A DNA stretch of 64,000 nucleotides from Octopus vulgaris (GCA_951406725.2 OX597828.1:248001-312000), one strand, 5' to 3'; numbered from the stretch's first letter, positions 1 through 15,156 are shown. Made by a program: numbers and translations. The notes: a model not told the origin generated them from the sequence alone.

Positions 1-187
1 GTTTTTTAAAAGAATATTTCTATAGTAGTGTTCAGATATAAGTGGCATTCTGTCTTTCTTTGACTCCCTTGTTTGCACTTGTGTGTTCGAGGTCCCTCGA
101 ACACACAAGTGCAAACAAGGGAGTCAGAGAAAGGCAGAATGCCACTTATATCTGAACACTACTATAGAAATATTCTTTTAAAAAAAC
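1..187. repeat. Near-perfect palindrome (about 92-bp arms, 2-nt loop), probable Penelope-like inverted terminal repeat; may extend past the window start
   Basis: Positions 1-92 are the reverse complement of 95-187 with 2 substitutions and one poly-A length difference. A degenerate hammerhead-like motif follows at 228-265, then (TA)n. Confidence 0.8.
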
Positions 188-314
188 TTTTCTTCTAATT
201 TTTCTAAATTTAATTATTTAATCGTTACAGTTGAAAAGGTCTCAAAATGACCGAAACCGGTACTGAAAGATTCACTATAAAATTATCTTAGCATTTTCTA
301 TTTTTGACTTGTTT

Positions 315-370
<56 letters not shown>

Positions 371-377
371 CAGAGTG

Positions 378-432
<55 letters not shown>

Positions 433-456
433 CAGCAGCAGCAGCAGCAGTAGTAA

Positions 457-506
<50 letters not shown>

Positions 507-3500
507 TGAGGGGCATATCCTGTAACAATGCGTCGTTGCATCCACCATTTGTTGGTGATTCCATGTTAGTCCTGGCGATCGTGTCTGCAACAGCCGAACC
601 ACAAGGTCACTTGACTTCACTCCAGAATACAGAGGTTAAGTATTATTATTAGATTGGTTATACAGAGAATATTACACTTCTATATTTATAAAAGTTTGTA
701 GCCATAGTTGTAGCCGTGGAGGTTGTTATAGTGATGTGGTTTATCTGCAAAGCTGTATGATAATAATGGATTGTCTCTTAGCTGTAGTGGGGGTCCTTGT
801 GTTATGTAATTACCATATTTATAGTTGTAGTATTATGAAGCCAAGAACTGTGGCAACGGCAGCGAGTTGACAAGTTTGTTACAGTGTCAAATAGAAGGCC
901 TTGCGGAATTCTTTCCGTCATTCCTTTTTAGCATTCCGTGTTCAAATTCCATCGAAGTCAACTTCGCCAGTCATCCTTTTTTCGTGGGTGTGGCCAATAA
1001 ATAAAACATCAGCCAATAAGCCTCTTTCTTCTTCTTCTTCTTCTTCTTCTTCTTCTTCTTCTTCTTCTTCTTCTTCTTCTTCTTCTTCTTCTTCTTCTTC
1101 TTCTTCTTCTTCTTCTTCTTCTTCTTCTTCTTCTTCTTCTTCTTCTTCTTCTTCTTCTTCGTCTTCTTCTTCTCCTCCTCCCCCTTTAGAAATCCATTTT
1201 GTTTACACCCAGAGAGGGATGGACTTCGCTAGATGATTTAACATCCCATAGCACGCCGTATATCCAGAGCACGTCAGGGGTTGAAAGCTTAAAGAAGGAA
1301 GAAGTTTTAGTGGTATGCAGTTTTATCAACAAAGATAGAGTTCTTGGTATGTAAGGAGCTGCAGTAATGGTTGTAGTAGCAGAATCGTTTTATTGGAGAT
1401 CAACTGGCAGAATTGCTAGAGTGTAGGACGAAATGCCTTGCAATATTCGTTCTGGGTTTCTTCGATCTGTGTTCAAATCTCGTCAAGGTACCAGTCGAAG
1501 GCGATGAATTTAAGAATTGTTAGGACAGTAGAAGGGATACCTTGTGGTATTTAATCCTGCTCTTTTCGTATGGGCTTTTAAGCATTAAACTTGGTTTGTA
1601 GGTTGGCTGACTGTTTGGTCTCTCCGCTCACGCTTTATCCGGTACATAGCCACTACACTTAATCCGTCATTCGGCTATATGCGTATTGTTATAAACCGAG
1701 TACATTTTGCGAAGTTCACTCAGCTAATGTGCCACTCTGCTGGGTGTCTTTAGCGGGGGTCACTCAGCTAATGTGCCATTCTGCTGGATGCATTTAACGG
1801 GATTCACTCTGTTACAAGCATGAGGTTCAGGCCACTGCTTTGAGGATAACTTCTTCCCTCTCACCCACCATCTCAGAAGCCCTAAGTAAGCGGTAAAAAT
1901 CTACGGAACTGCAGTGTTGAATTATCTGCGGATTTGCATGGATTATTGTAGTGTTATTTCTTCATCGTTCAACTGTAAAAGGCACACAACCACCTCCCTC
2001 CCCTACTCAATTCTAGGTGCCATGCTTTGCCCATCAGCCTCATTTGAATCCCTTGGCAGAATATGATCTCAGAACGCAAAGAGCCGGAACCGTTATACCG
2101 CAAGGCATTTCGTCCGATGATTCGCCAATCCTGAATTGGTACTTTATTTATCGAACTACGAAAAATGAGAAGTTAAAGTTGGTTTCGACATGTTACACCA
2201 CAGCATTGAATCCGACGCCCTAACGACTGTTCCAGTTCATCGATTATAAAACTTGGCTGCCACCACAACTAACACTACTACCGTGTATATATTACGTTTC
2301 TCCGCAGCAGACCCGATGGCTCTATGCATTAGCTTCTATAGTTCCAGGGTTGTCACAACAGCTCTATACACGAATAAACTAAAGCCTTTACCCGTTGGTT
2401 TCGATGCGGACGATTCAGTTCGAAATTTTTGCAATGTGGCAAGGCTTTCGGACACAACCTCACTTCCGTAACGTGGAGGACGACGACAGTGATTATATTA
2501 ATACTGCTTCTAACATAGATACAAGGCCAGAAATTACGGGATATAGTGTGTATGAGGAGGTGGTGGTGGTGGTGGTGGTGGGTAGTCTACTATATCAACC
2601 CCAGATTTGACTTGAAGTTTATTTTATTGACCCCGGGAGAATGAGAGGCAAATTAGACTGTGTGCGGAATTTAAAGAGCCGGGACAGACACCGAAAATTA
2701 TTTTTTAGCAATAAGAAATCGGGAGTACACAATAATGAATATTAAACTTTATTATCTTCAAGTTCTTCGTGAGGGAGGGTTATGAATTGTTTTATCCTAG
2801 TTTCCCGCCGCAATAAATCAATAAAATGTTTCCTTACGAGAAACTCAGAAGAAACTGATTGATGTTAAAAAAAAAAAAAAAAGAACTATCACATCTCCGT
2901 TAGATTGAATATAAACAAAAGCGAATATATGTTCGTTTTTGTTTATGGCTTAAGTATGGGATGGAAGGCAAGCAGCTATGACCTTTTGATAGCAACCATG
3001 ACCTCTGATAGTAGTGATAGTGGGAGGATAAGGTGTAGTGAGAAACACGTGACTCGTGTGTTTCCGTAGCAGGGAGTGCTATATTATCTATCTTCTGAAC
3101 TAAGAATTAAGACCTGAACTGAATCGTGAAGGAGAAAAGGGATTAACCGTTCACGTAATCCCATCGCTAGCGCGTCAGACGAAAAGTTTAGCAGAATCAC
3201 TTCCGACTCCTTACGTTCAGAGTTCAAATTCTGCCGAAGTTAACTTTTCCTTTGATGACGGCAAACTGGCAGAATCGTTGGCACGCCGGACAAAATGTTC
3301 TGCGACATCTGTTCCGGCTTTTAGTTTAAATCCCATTGAGGTCAAGTTTGCCTTTCATCTCTTTGAAAGTTCGATAAAATAAAGTACCAGTTATGTCGTG
3401 GGGTCGATAGAATTAACTTGCTGCACTTGAATTCTGCAGCGAACAGGCATCGTCTTATTCAGAGGGAATATGGCGACCTGGGTCACCTACCAGCGAAACT

Positions 3501-4059
3501 GAGTATCTGGCTTCGGAAGCCTTATCGCTTCAGGAAAAAAAACAATCGTTCTTAAGAATTCCTTCAATACTAGCAGCATTACTTCCCTTGTCTCCATTAC
3601 TCTTACATATATGAAGGGAAACAAATACCAACGAGTTAGCCTCTGTATGTTCGTAGATAGAAACAGCAGCTAAATCTGTCCTTCAAACGATACATCCACA
3701 GTCTTAATGGGTTCTTGTATTTGTACAACGTTAGAAATTTGTGGATAGAGGAAAGAATAATCGATAATATCAACTGCAGTATCTTTACTTTATCAACACT
3801 GAAGGATGAAAGGTAAAACCACCTTTGAAGAAAAGCAAAAATCTTAGCAGGATAAGATACGACCATCAAAATCCTAAAAGGAAATGTATAACATTAATCC
3901 TAGATTTCCTTCAAAAAGACACTATATTCAGGGATGGAATTTCTTTGACATTAAATAAGCTCGATCAGGACTGATTTTGAGGCTAAATCATCAAGAGTAA
4001 CAACAAATTTTATCTACCTTATAATGCACCAGAAGAAGGAAAGACCAAGCCTTAAATAA

Positions 4060-5035
4060 GACTCCGAAGACAAGCTAACTCTCAAACGAAAGCCAAGACT
4101 CCGAAGACAAGCTAACTCTCAGACGAAAGCAAAGACTCCGAAGACAAGCTAACTCTCAGACGAAAGCAAAGACTCCGAAGACAAGCTAACTCACAACCGA
4201 AAGCAAAGACTCCGAAGACAAGCTAACTCTCAAACGAAAGCCAGGACTCCGAAGACAAGCTAACTCTCAGACGAAAGCAAAGACTCCGAAGTCAAGCTAA
4301 CTCTCAAACGAAAGCCAAGACTCCGAAGACAAGCTAACTCTCAAACGAAAGCCAAGACTCCGAAGATAAGCTAACTCTCAGACGAAAGCAAAGACTCCGA
4401 AGACAAGCTAACTCTCAGACGAAAGCCAAGACTCCGAAGACAAGCTAACTTTCAGACGAAAGCAAAGACTCCGAAGACAAGCTAACTCTCAGACGAAAGC
4501 AAAGACTCCGAAGACAAGCTAACTCTCAGACGAAAGCAAAGACTCCGAAGACAAGCTAACTCTCAGACGAAAGCAAAGACTCCGAAGACAAGCTAACTCT
4601 CAGACGAAAGCAAAGACTCCGAAGACAAGCTAACTCTCAGACGAAAGCAAAGACTCCGAAGACAAGCTAACTCTCAGACGAAAGCAAAGACTCCGAAGAC
4701 AAGCTAACTCTCAGACGAAAGCAAAGACTCCGAAGACAAGCTAACTCTCAGACGAAAGCAAAGACTCCGAAGATAAGCTAACTCTCAGACGAAAGCAAAG
4801 ACTCCGAAGACAAGCTAACTCTCAGACGAAAGCAAAGACTCCGAAGACAAGCTAACTCTCAGACGAAAGCAAAGACTCCGAAGACAAGCTAACTCTCAGA
4901 CGAAAGCAAAGACTCCGAAGACAAGCTAACTCTCAGACGAAAGCAAAGACTCCGAAGACAAGCTAACTCTCAGACGAAAGCAAAGACTCCGAAGACAAGC
5001 TAACTCTCAGACGAAAGCCAAGGCTCCGAAGACAA
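4060..5035. repeat. 37-bp minisatellite, about 26 tandem copies (GACTCCGAAGACAAGCTAACTCTCAGACGAAAGCAAA)
   Basis: Units start at 4060, 4097 ... 4985 with an exact 37-bp period and no spacers. A partial 27th unit starts at 5022. Confidence 0.97.
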
Positions 5036-6592
5036 ACGAAAAGCCATAACAAGCCAAACAAAAAGAGGCCACAAGATAATCTGGATCTCGTATAATAAAA
5101 AAGTTTATAAATTTTCCTTCTAAGCCTTCTCTACGTTCATCGTAACTAAAGAAGAATGTTCTTGAATTGCGAATCAAATGATTGTGTGCTTCTTCCAAAG
5201 GGCAGTCCAACTAATAGTTGCATGATGTGTCATTCAATAAATACAGATTTTGAGTAAAGTGTCCGGATATCTGAAAGGTACCCGGGGTGTTTGAAGTTAG
5301 ACAAATGTCGATGTTGTCAATACGTCCAGCCGGTACCATCTATTTAAGCTCCTCCTACATTTTTTCAGTAATGTCAACTTTTTTCGACAATTTCAACAGA
5401 GTTGTTCAACACTCGTTAAACAACTTTCACATCTTTTTCTCTTTCATCTCTCTCTCTCTCTGTCACTCTCCCCACTCTTTCTCTCTCTCTTCCCTCCTTC
5501 TCTCTCTCCCGCTCTCTCTCTCTCTCCCACCCTCTTTCTCTCCCTTTCTTCCTTCCCTGAAATATTTTCTCCTTCCTACACATTTATTGACTCATACTAT
5601 ATCTGTCAACTGCTATCTATCTATCTTCTCCTCACTCTCACCCTCTCTCTCTCTGTCTCTCTCTTTTCCTTCTCATTTCAAGTCTTAAACCAACACAATT
5701 TTTCTTTCTTTTATATATACATTCTCACTCACTCTCTTTCTCTATACCCCCCTCTCTCTGTTAACTTCCTTTTCTCGTTATCACAAACTTTAACTTATGT
5801 TATTCTTATTCTTACCCTGGCTCTCTCTGTCTTTCCCTCTTTACTCACAATCTTCCTTTCACTCACGCTCTCTTATACATTCAAACACACACACGCATTC
5901 TCTCTCTCTCTCTCTTCTCTCCTTTTCTCTCTCTCTCTCTCTCAATATTTTTCTTTTCTCACTCACCCCTTTTTACTTCATGTCATCTTACCGACTTCTT
6001 CCTACTCCTCTCAATAAAGTAGATCGATCAATCGATCTACCATTATTTCTATTTTCTTGTCACCATCATTTTCTCATTCAGTCACACACACACACAACCA
6101 TTTCCTCCCTCTCCTTACCATTCTCTCCTCCTCTCCCTACACATCACCAAGTTTTTTCTTTTCTTTTATCTTTTGTTTTAGTTTCCCCTTTGCATTTATT
6201 TATTTTTCGTGTGTGATTTTTTCTACACCCCACCACTCACATACACACATTTTTTTCTCAGAAACACGTACGCGCGCGTTTACGCACACATCCAAATGCA
6301 TACATATAAACACATACATGTATGTAGGCATGTTGCATATGCATATATATATCCGTATACATATACACGCATGAGTCTGCGTGCATGTATATATATGTAT
6401 ATATGAATGTAAGTGTGCATATGGCTGTATACACGCACGCACACACACAAACAAACACACACACATCAAGAATCCTCATTAACATTAAACATGGTGGATT
6501 TTCGTAGGTGTTTTATTATCATTGTTGTTGATGTTGCTGTTGTTGTTGCTCCTGTTAAGCCCTAGGCCGTTCGACTTTGCCTTCATCAGTCT

Positions 6593-6651
<59 letters not shown>

Positions 6652-6810
6652 TTGAATAAAAAAAGTCTGTAATGTGATCAGAGGGCATTAATGAATATAA
6701 ATGAATATTAATAATGATGGTAAGGATTTTGATAATTGTAGTGATACTGGTGATGACGACTTTACTATTGGTCATGTGATCCGTTGCATTCCACCTTTCT
6801 CACTCAGATA

Positions 6811-6885
<75 letters not shown>

Positions 6886-6933
6886 CACGCGTACATACAT
6901 CGACATATATACATATATATACATATGTGCATA

Positions 6934-7498
6934 CACGAGTGTAATTCAAAAAGTAATGCCATTTTGTTTAGGACAGGTATATTTACCAACACAGGAACAT
7001 GTATCATACATCAAAATGAAGCTGGTCCTCAGTGGATCACATCCCTACTTCTCAACATAGTCATCGTTTCTCTCAATAGCAATATTCCACCTTCGAATCA
7101 GAGCATGTATCCCTGCCCCGTAAAATTCTGTTGGCTGTTCTTTGAGCCACTTCTTCACTACAGTTTCCACTTCCTCGTCACTGGAATAATGTTTGATTCT
7201 CAAATTCTCTTTCATTGGGCCGAAGAGATGATAGTCTGAAGGCGCTAAATTATTCCAATGACGAGGAAGTGAAAACTGTAGTGAAGAAGTGGCTCAAAGA
7301 ACAGCCAACAGAATTTTAAGAGGTAGGGATACATGCTCTGATTCGAAGGTGGAACATTGCTATTTAGAGAAACGGTGACTATGTTGAGAAGTCGGGATGT
7401 GACCCACAGAGGACCAGCTTCATTTTGATGTATGATACATGTTCCTGTGTTAGTAAATATACCTGTACTAAAAAAATGGCATTACTTTTTGACTCGTA
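6934..7498. mobile_element. Mariner-derived fold-back MITE made of two inverted transposase 3' ends
   Basis: Arms at about 6946-7190 and 7249-7492 are reverse complements. The right arm encodes a mariner transposase C-terminus remnant (YSNDEEVKTVVKKWLKEQPTEF*EVGIHALIRRWNIAI*RNGDYVEK). TA-rich flanks. Confidence 0.85.
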
Positions 7499-7656
7499 TA
7501 TATCATTATAGACATTTAACTATCATATATACATGCATACACATACATAAATATAATGTAAGCATATGTATATATGTATATGTATGTATATATATATATA
7601 TGTATATATGTATGTATGTATATATATATGTATGTATGTATGTATATATATATATG

Positions 7657-7701
<45 letters not shown>

Positions 7702-7778
7702 ATATATGTATATATATATATATGTATATATATATATGCATGTATGTATGTATATATATATATGTGTATGTATGTATG

Positions 7779-7840
<62 letters not shown>

Positions 7841-7973
7841 TATATGTATGTATGTATTCTTGTTGCTTATTTTGATTATAATCACCCCCCTGGATTTATA
7901 TGGATAACACCATACACGATTGTGGTCCATCCAACTCAAGTACCATATTCATTTGAATCTAAATTTTGATGAA

Positions 7974-8056
<83 letters not shown>

Positions 8057-8273
8057 ATATATATATGTATATATATGTATGTATATATATATATGTATAT
8101 ATATATGTATATATATGTATGTGTATGTATACATATATACATACACATATATATATATGTGTATGTATATACATATATATATATATGTATATATATGTAT
8201 TTATGTATATATATATATATATATATATGTATATTTATGTAAAAATGTATGTATATTTATTTATATATATATA

Positions 8274-8328
<55 letters not shown>

Positions 8329-8419
8329 CTATGTATCTATGTATATATACATATATAAGTGCATATGTTTAATATAAATATGTAAATATATAGACGGATA
8401 TGCATACATACATACATAT

Positions 8420-8890
<471 letters not shown>

Positions 8891-8981
8891 ACGATACACA
8901 CACACATACACAATAACTTAACTTTGATATGTTTCGACCGAAGATTGGACCAGGCTATGTCTAACTTAAGAGCATTAACTG

Positions 8982-9028
<47 letters not shown>

Positions 9029-9611
9029 TGTTTGTATACATACTTCCATATGCATTTATAATCATATATATAGATATGCTTAGGTATGCTCTGTATAAAT
9101 TTAAAATATAAACGTGTTTGTGTGTATAAATCTACACGTGTCATACTAACACCATCACCACCAGTATTTCTGCACTCAGCGGAAAACCTGACACCCGCCG
9201 AAACAATCACCACCACCACCACTACTGCTGCTCCTATCACCCTAATCACTACTACCACTCCCACAACCGGAATAATTACGACCACCACCACCACCTTCAC
9301 CCAGCACCACCACCACCACCCTCATTACTACCACCACACTCATACTACAACAGCAGCAACAGCAACAAACCCGACGACTTATCATTACTATGTCATTAAA
9401 CACAGTCAAAGATCAAACAGTTGTGTGTAAACAGCAACCATAAGACACAGGTGCCCAAAACAAGTGAAGCTTTCGAGAGACGCTGCGATTTGAAACCGAG
9501 GTACTTCAGTTTATATACAAGCATAAATATATAAATAAATATATACACACATACATACACACATACATACATACATACATACATACATACATACATACAT
9601 ACATACATACA

Positions 9612-9682
<71 letters not shown>

Positions 9683-9945
9683 TGAATATCAATGCGTGTG
9701 AGGAATGTATATATTTTGCTTTAAAGGAACACCATCAGAAACACTGTCTGCCAGAATGGATGTGAAGAATATAACAAAGACATGTCTATGGATTACCCCG
9801 TATTGGAGATTACGATATTAAGATAATCCCTTGGATTCTACTGACGATACTATCATTTATATTTACTTTGTTCTTTATTTGAGAGTGTATATATCTTTAT
9901 TTGTTTTTATACATACATAACAAGTTATATATATATAATCTTTAC

Positions 9946-10011
<66 letters not shown>

Positions 10012-10045
10012 CCACTTACATATAAATACGCACGCGCACACACAC

Positions 10046-10088
<43 letters not shown>

Positions 10089-10103
10089 TAAATATTCTAA
10101 CAG

Positions 10104-10161
10104 AAATTCGGGAGAAAAAACCGGTGAAAGAAACCAAACAACAGTTGGACAATATTTTAGG
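10104..10161 (+). CDS. Myosin motor-domain gene, internal exon A (end of loop 2: [19 protein letters not shown])
   Basis: Acceptor ctaacAG at 10102-10103 and donor GTAAGT at 10162. 58 nt = 1 + 19 codons, ending in phase 0. TVGQYFR matches the myosin TV(G/A)xxF(R/K) motif that precedes SLxxL, and it joins in frame to exon B. Confidence 0.85.
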
Positions 10162-10284
10162 GTAAGTTGCTCATAAATATTTTTATTGGAAACTAATCAA
10201 TTGCTTTCTTTCTTCCTTTTTGTACATACATTTCTATGTGTGTATTATAGATATAAATCTGTGTGCGTACTTCATTAAGTTATG

Positions 10285-10444
<160 letters not shown>

Positions 10445-10629
10445 CATATATATATCAGAGTAAGCTCATAAATGTGAAACAAGGTGGGAAAAAAAGTACT
10501 CGAAAACCGGAGGTAGAATAATATGCTTTATTAATAAAGCTGCAACGACAAAACCAAGACTCTCCGACGAACGGTAACATGAAACTCTGAGTAACAGTTT
10601 TTGTGATGTCTTTGCAGCTGTTATTAAGA

Positions 10630-10728
<99 letters not shown>

Positions 10729-10753
10729 CGAGAGAGAGAGAGAGAGAGAGAGC

Positions 10754-10808
<55 letters not shown>

Positions 10809-10818
10809 TGATAGATAA

Positions 10819-10879
<61 letters not shown>

Positions 10880-11617
10880 CGAACGTGTATAAGTCTAGTG
10901 TAGTAAGCACAAGTACCTATTACAAAGGAACACAGTACCCTCTGCATTTCCTACCGTATTGATTTTACGGAAGCCATTAAACTGTTCCATGCTAGATTTG
11001 TCCCTGATGGAAACCTTTGGAGCGACCCTTCCACCTGGTTTAGATACATATGCGTGCGCATGGATGCATGTACGTTCCTCGCTGTGCTTGAGTGCGTGTG
11101 TGAGAGTGGCTGCAGATAATAGCTACGTTGGATTAGGATTTCGTAATAAACGCATTCAAAATTCTTCTGAACACAAGATACTCCTCACTAAAATTGGTCA
11201 GCAAATTCAAATTTGATTTCAATAATTAAAGCTGTGAGGTTCATGTTTGTCTGCATAAAATGGGAAAACTGGAGGTCATTAGCTGTGTATGTAGGGAGGG
11301 GGGTGCGTGCCTGCGTGCGTGTGTATGTATGTATATATGTTTTTTATATATTCATTTCTGTATATATGCTGCTCCAAGAAACATTTCATAGAAACTCTGG
11401 GACGCATCATCAGTTATGCTTTTGGAGGTCTTTGAAGATTACGGGTTCTGTCCTCATCATCAGCCTTCCTCCCCTTAGCTGACCTCGCCAAGACCGGAAT
11501 TAATCTCAGTAGCAGCTCCTTGCATCTCTGTAGCAGCAAACCACCGCTGTAGCCAATTCAGCTATAGCTTTCTAGTGGCCATATGTGCATTTGTACTTAC
11601 ACACACACACACACACA

Positions 11618-11687
<70 letters not shown>

Positions 11688-11688
<1 letters not shown>

Positions 11689-11905
11689 GGTGGTTGTCTT
11701 CTCCTTATGCAGAGTTTGACCACCTCTTGTACTTACTCCTTAGATCCATCATACATTGTCTAGCTTTTTAAACCAGACAATGTATTGTTGCATATCTGAT
11801 TTGGACCACCAAGAGCTGCAGTTAAGATCTGATCTTTGTGGACCTTAAAATGCCTTTTGAGGCCTCCGTTAGGTTTGCAGACCTTCTGGCATACACGGCA
11901 TTGAA
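11688..11905 (-). mobile_element. LINE 3' fragment (RTE-like) with C2H2-type motif
   Basis: The minus-strand ORF contains CRVCQKVCKPNGGLKRHFKVH, typical of the C-terminal zinc finger of RTE-type ORFs. No intact upstream ORF. Confidence 0.5.
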
Positions 11906-12396
11906 CAGATAGATAAGCAGAGTAGTTAGTCAGTGGGGGTTGGATTTTCATCAGTCCGCAAGTGAGATTTAAACCCAGCAAAAGAAAGGCATGGTCTGTC
12001 ACAAACGGCCGTAATCCTAACGATGCCAGACGGTTAAATATATTCAAATCCCATACCTCCTGGCATTGTATGGTTTATGAATATATTATGCCCGTTTCGC
12101 ATCCTTCTTCAGGTAATAATAATTGCAGTGCATAAAAAACTATGTTTACAGGATTGCACCAATTAGTATGTTACGCATTATACAATACAATGAAATATTC
12201 ACAAATCAGTTGTATAATGCGTATAATGCATATTGGTGCAGACATAGAAACAATTTATTATGCATTAAAATCATAATTATATGAAGACGGTTACGAAACG
12301 GTCGTAATCTTAAGGATGACACGTGATTGAATATATTCATCTCTCATATGTCCTGACTTTTTATTGTATGTATATGTGTGTTCGTGTGTGTATACG

Positions 12397-12448
<52 letters not shown>

Positions 12449-13142
12449 ACACATATATATATATTCATTTATATAGTGAAATCGAACATTAAAAAGCAAC
12501 AAAATGACGCCCAGTAAAAGTGGAAAAAAAGAATGGGATTTTTACGCTTCGAGCTCTTCATCAGGAAAGCACGTGTGTGATAAGTTCATTTTTAGCTGTA
12601 GAACTTGAAGTAGATAAAGCTATAAATAAAGCAAGTAAATATTAGGTTGAAAACTCTTAAGAGGACCCCAAAACTGTTAAATTCATTTTATATTTATTTT
12701 GTGCCAAAAATTTCGTCGCACAGCTGCGACCTGAGTATTGACACAACTTTGCTACAACTACCTTCGTGATCGAGACACAATGGTGCGATGAAAATTTTGA
12801 TACCTTTATGAAATAAATCTAAAATGTCAAGTAAATTTTACAGCGTTGTATGTTGCTAAATGCATGATGCAATTTGATGCAACTGCTTTCGTTTCAATGC
12901 CCTTTCTCTCTGAGTCAGGCACTAGAGGAGTGATTCAGAAATATATTTAAATATGGACAGAGAGACAGACAGAGAAATATATAGATATATATATATATAG
13001 AGAGAGAGAGAGGGGGGAGGGGGATAAAATAGACAGACAGACAGATAAGAGAGAGAGAGAGAGAGAAGGGGAGAGAAGTGAAATAGACAGGCAGACAGAC
13101 AGATAGCTAGTAGCTAGAGAGAGAGAGAGGGAGAGAGATCAA

Positions 13143-13218
<76 letters not shown>

Positions 13219-13381
13219 AAGCATCGACGAATGTGCGTGTGTGTATTCCTTTGTGACTTGGTTAAGAAGCCGAAATTTAAAAAAAATAAATTAAAAACTT
13301 GAAAACTTTTTATTGATTTAAAACATGCATAGTCTGTCACCAAGACAGATTGAAACAATTTTCCCTTCCTTCCTTAATAAA

Positions 13382-13439
<58 letters not shown>

Positions 13440-15156
13440 GTAATAGTAGTAGTAGGTTGAAGGTATTGAATGATTGGCAGAAAATATTTTCTCATTTTCT
13501 TTCCTCTCTTTTCTCTTATTTTTGTTGTTGTTTTCTTCATAAAATAAGTTTTATGTGAAAATAAGGAAGTTCATTCCCATTGTCCTGAGAATATTGTAAT
13601 TCATCTCGCATAGTTTCAGTTATAAATATCTGGTGATGTGATGTAGTGAGTTGTATGCCTTTCCTTTTCTTCCGTTTCTTTTTCTCACGATATTTCGGTC
13701 CCAAGTGACTTGTATCAAGTAGAAAAAGAAAAACGAACAAGGTCGTTGAAAGAACACACAAAAGATTAAGTTCGAATTCAATAAATGGTGTTAGGAAGGG
13801 AGATAATTAGCAGAATTGTTTGAGAGGAACATTAAATACGTCGCCATCTTTGTTCCAGTCTCTTTGTGTCCTGAGCTCAAATCTTGTCAAGGCCTGTTTG
13901 GGGGGGCAGACTTGATCCATCGCCACCTGGTGACTGTCATCACTGTAGTAGTCTTCGCGATGTTACAGGAACTAATCCAAAGCAGCCACCTGGCGGAATT
14001 GTGCGAGAATCAGACGAGATACTTCACACTATTGTTTCCAAATTCTCACTCTCTAAGTTCAAATCTCGGCCGCCATAACATTGATGTTCCTCCTTTTCTC
14101 GGGGATGGCGGGAGTCGATAAAATAAATACTTCGTGGTATTTGTTTCGGCCTTGTGAGCTCTGTGAACTGCACAACATAATATAAATAAACAATAAATAC
14201 AAACTTATATAATATACAATTACCTCTAACTACAACAACGTTCAAATATATTCAATTTACTTAAACGTTTTAACTTGAGACAATTGTAAGCAATGAAAAA
14301 TCTTGCAATTAGGACAAGCACAGCGTCCCCCACAACACTCAATTCATTATATCATTATAGCATTAAACTTAATCCGTGGTCTTGTTTAAGATCGCAACCT
14401 GGGCCTTGGGCAGTATTACTGGTGTTCATTCGGTTGTATGCATTCAGGGAAGGTACTTCAATTGGCGGTTAAAATTTCCCTTTCATCTCGGAAGTAAAAA
14501 GATAAAGAAAGGTCATAGGCGCTACCCCACCCCACCCCGGCTAAGAAGTAAAAACATAGAAAGGCGTTGATTGGAGAATTGGGAGAAAATAATTTAGAGA
14601 ATTGACGTCACTCAATAGTCAAAGTTCAAATCCGACTGCAGTTAACTTTAGCATTCCTCCTTCATGGGACAATATAATAAAATACCAGCCATATAATGGG
14701 GTTAGATCAAATTAACTATGTTTTCCCCCATACTCGTACATACATGTTCTTCTATGAATGCCCTCATGGCAAACCTGGACATCATTATTATAAGGATGGT
14801 GATGACGATGATGGTGATGGTGGCGGTAGTGGTAAGGGAGATGATGATGATGATGGCTACCAGATGCGAGAAAACAACTTGCGATGCGTTAGTTATGTCC
14901 CTTTATATTGAAATCTCACACAATTCGATTTTGCTTTCCTTCATGTCTATAAAATGTCGGGGTTGATAAAATAAGTACTCGTTGAGCACTGACTCAATAT
15001 AATAGTATCTTTCCTCAACGGTCTAAGTTCAAATCGTGCTATAGTTGACTAGTTTAATATCTCCACCAGCAATATCGTCTCTTTGATTTAAACCCAACCC
15101 TTTTTTAATAAACTGCTGCCATGTCTAAATAGTTCAATAATGGTTGCCAAATGAAA

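Noticed and set aside
1714-1810. About 45-bp local tandem duplication
   Set aside because: Ordinary short slippage duplication with no additional structure.
4060-5035. 37-bp repeats resembling a CRISPR array or a tandem hammerhead array (CCGAAGA...GAAA)
   Set aside because: There are no unique spacers and no cas genes, and the context is eukaryotic. No stem II pairing exists between CCGAAGA and GAAA, so it is not a hammerhead fold.
9727-9799. Possible extra myosin exon (GTPSETLSARMDVKNITKTCLWITP), phase-compatible with exon A
   Set aside because: Weak donor (CC|GTATTG) and no recognisable myosin motif. Loop 2 is variable, so this cannot be supported without RNA-seq.
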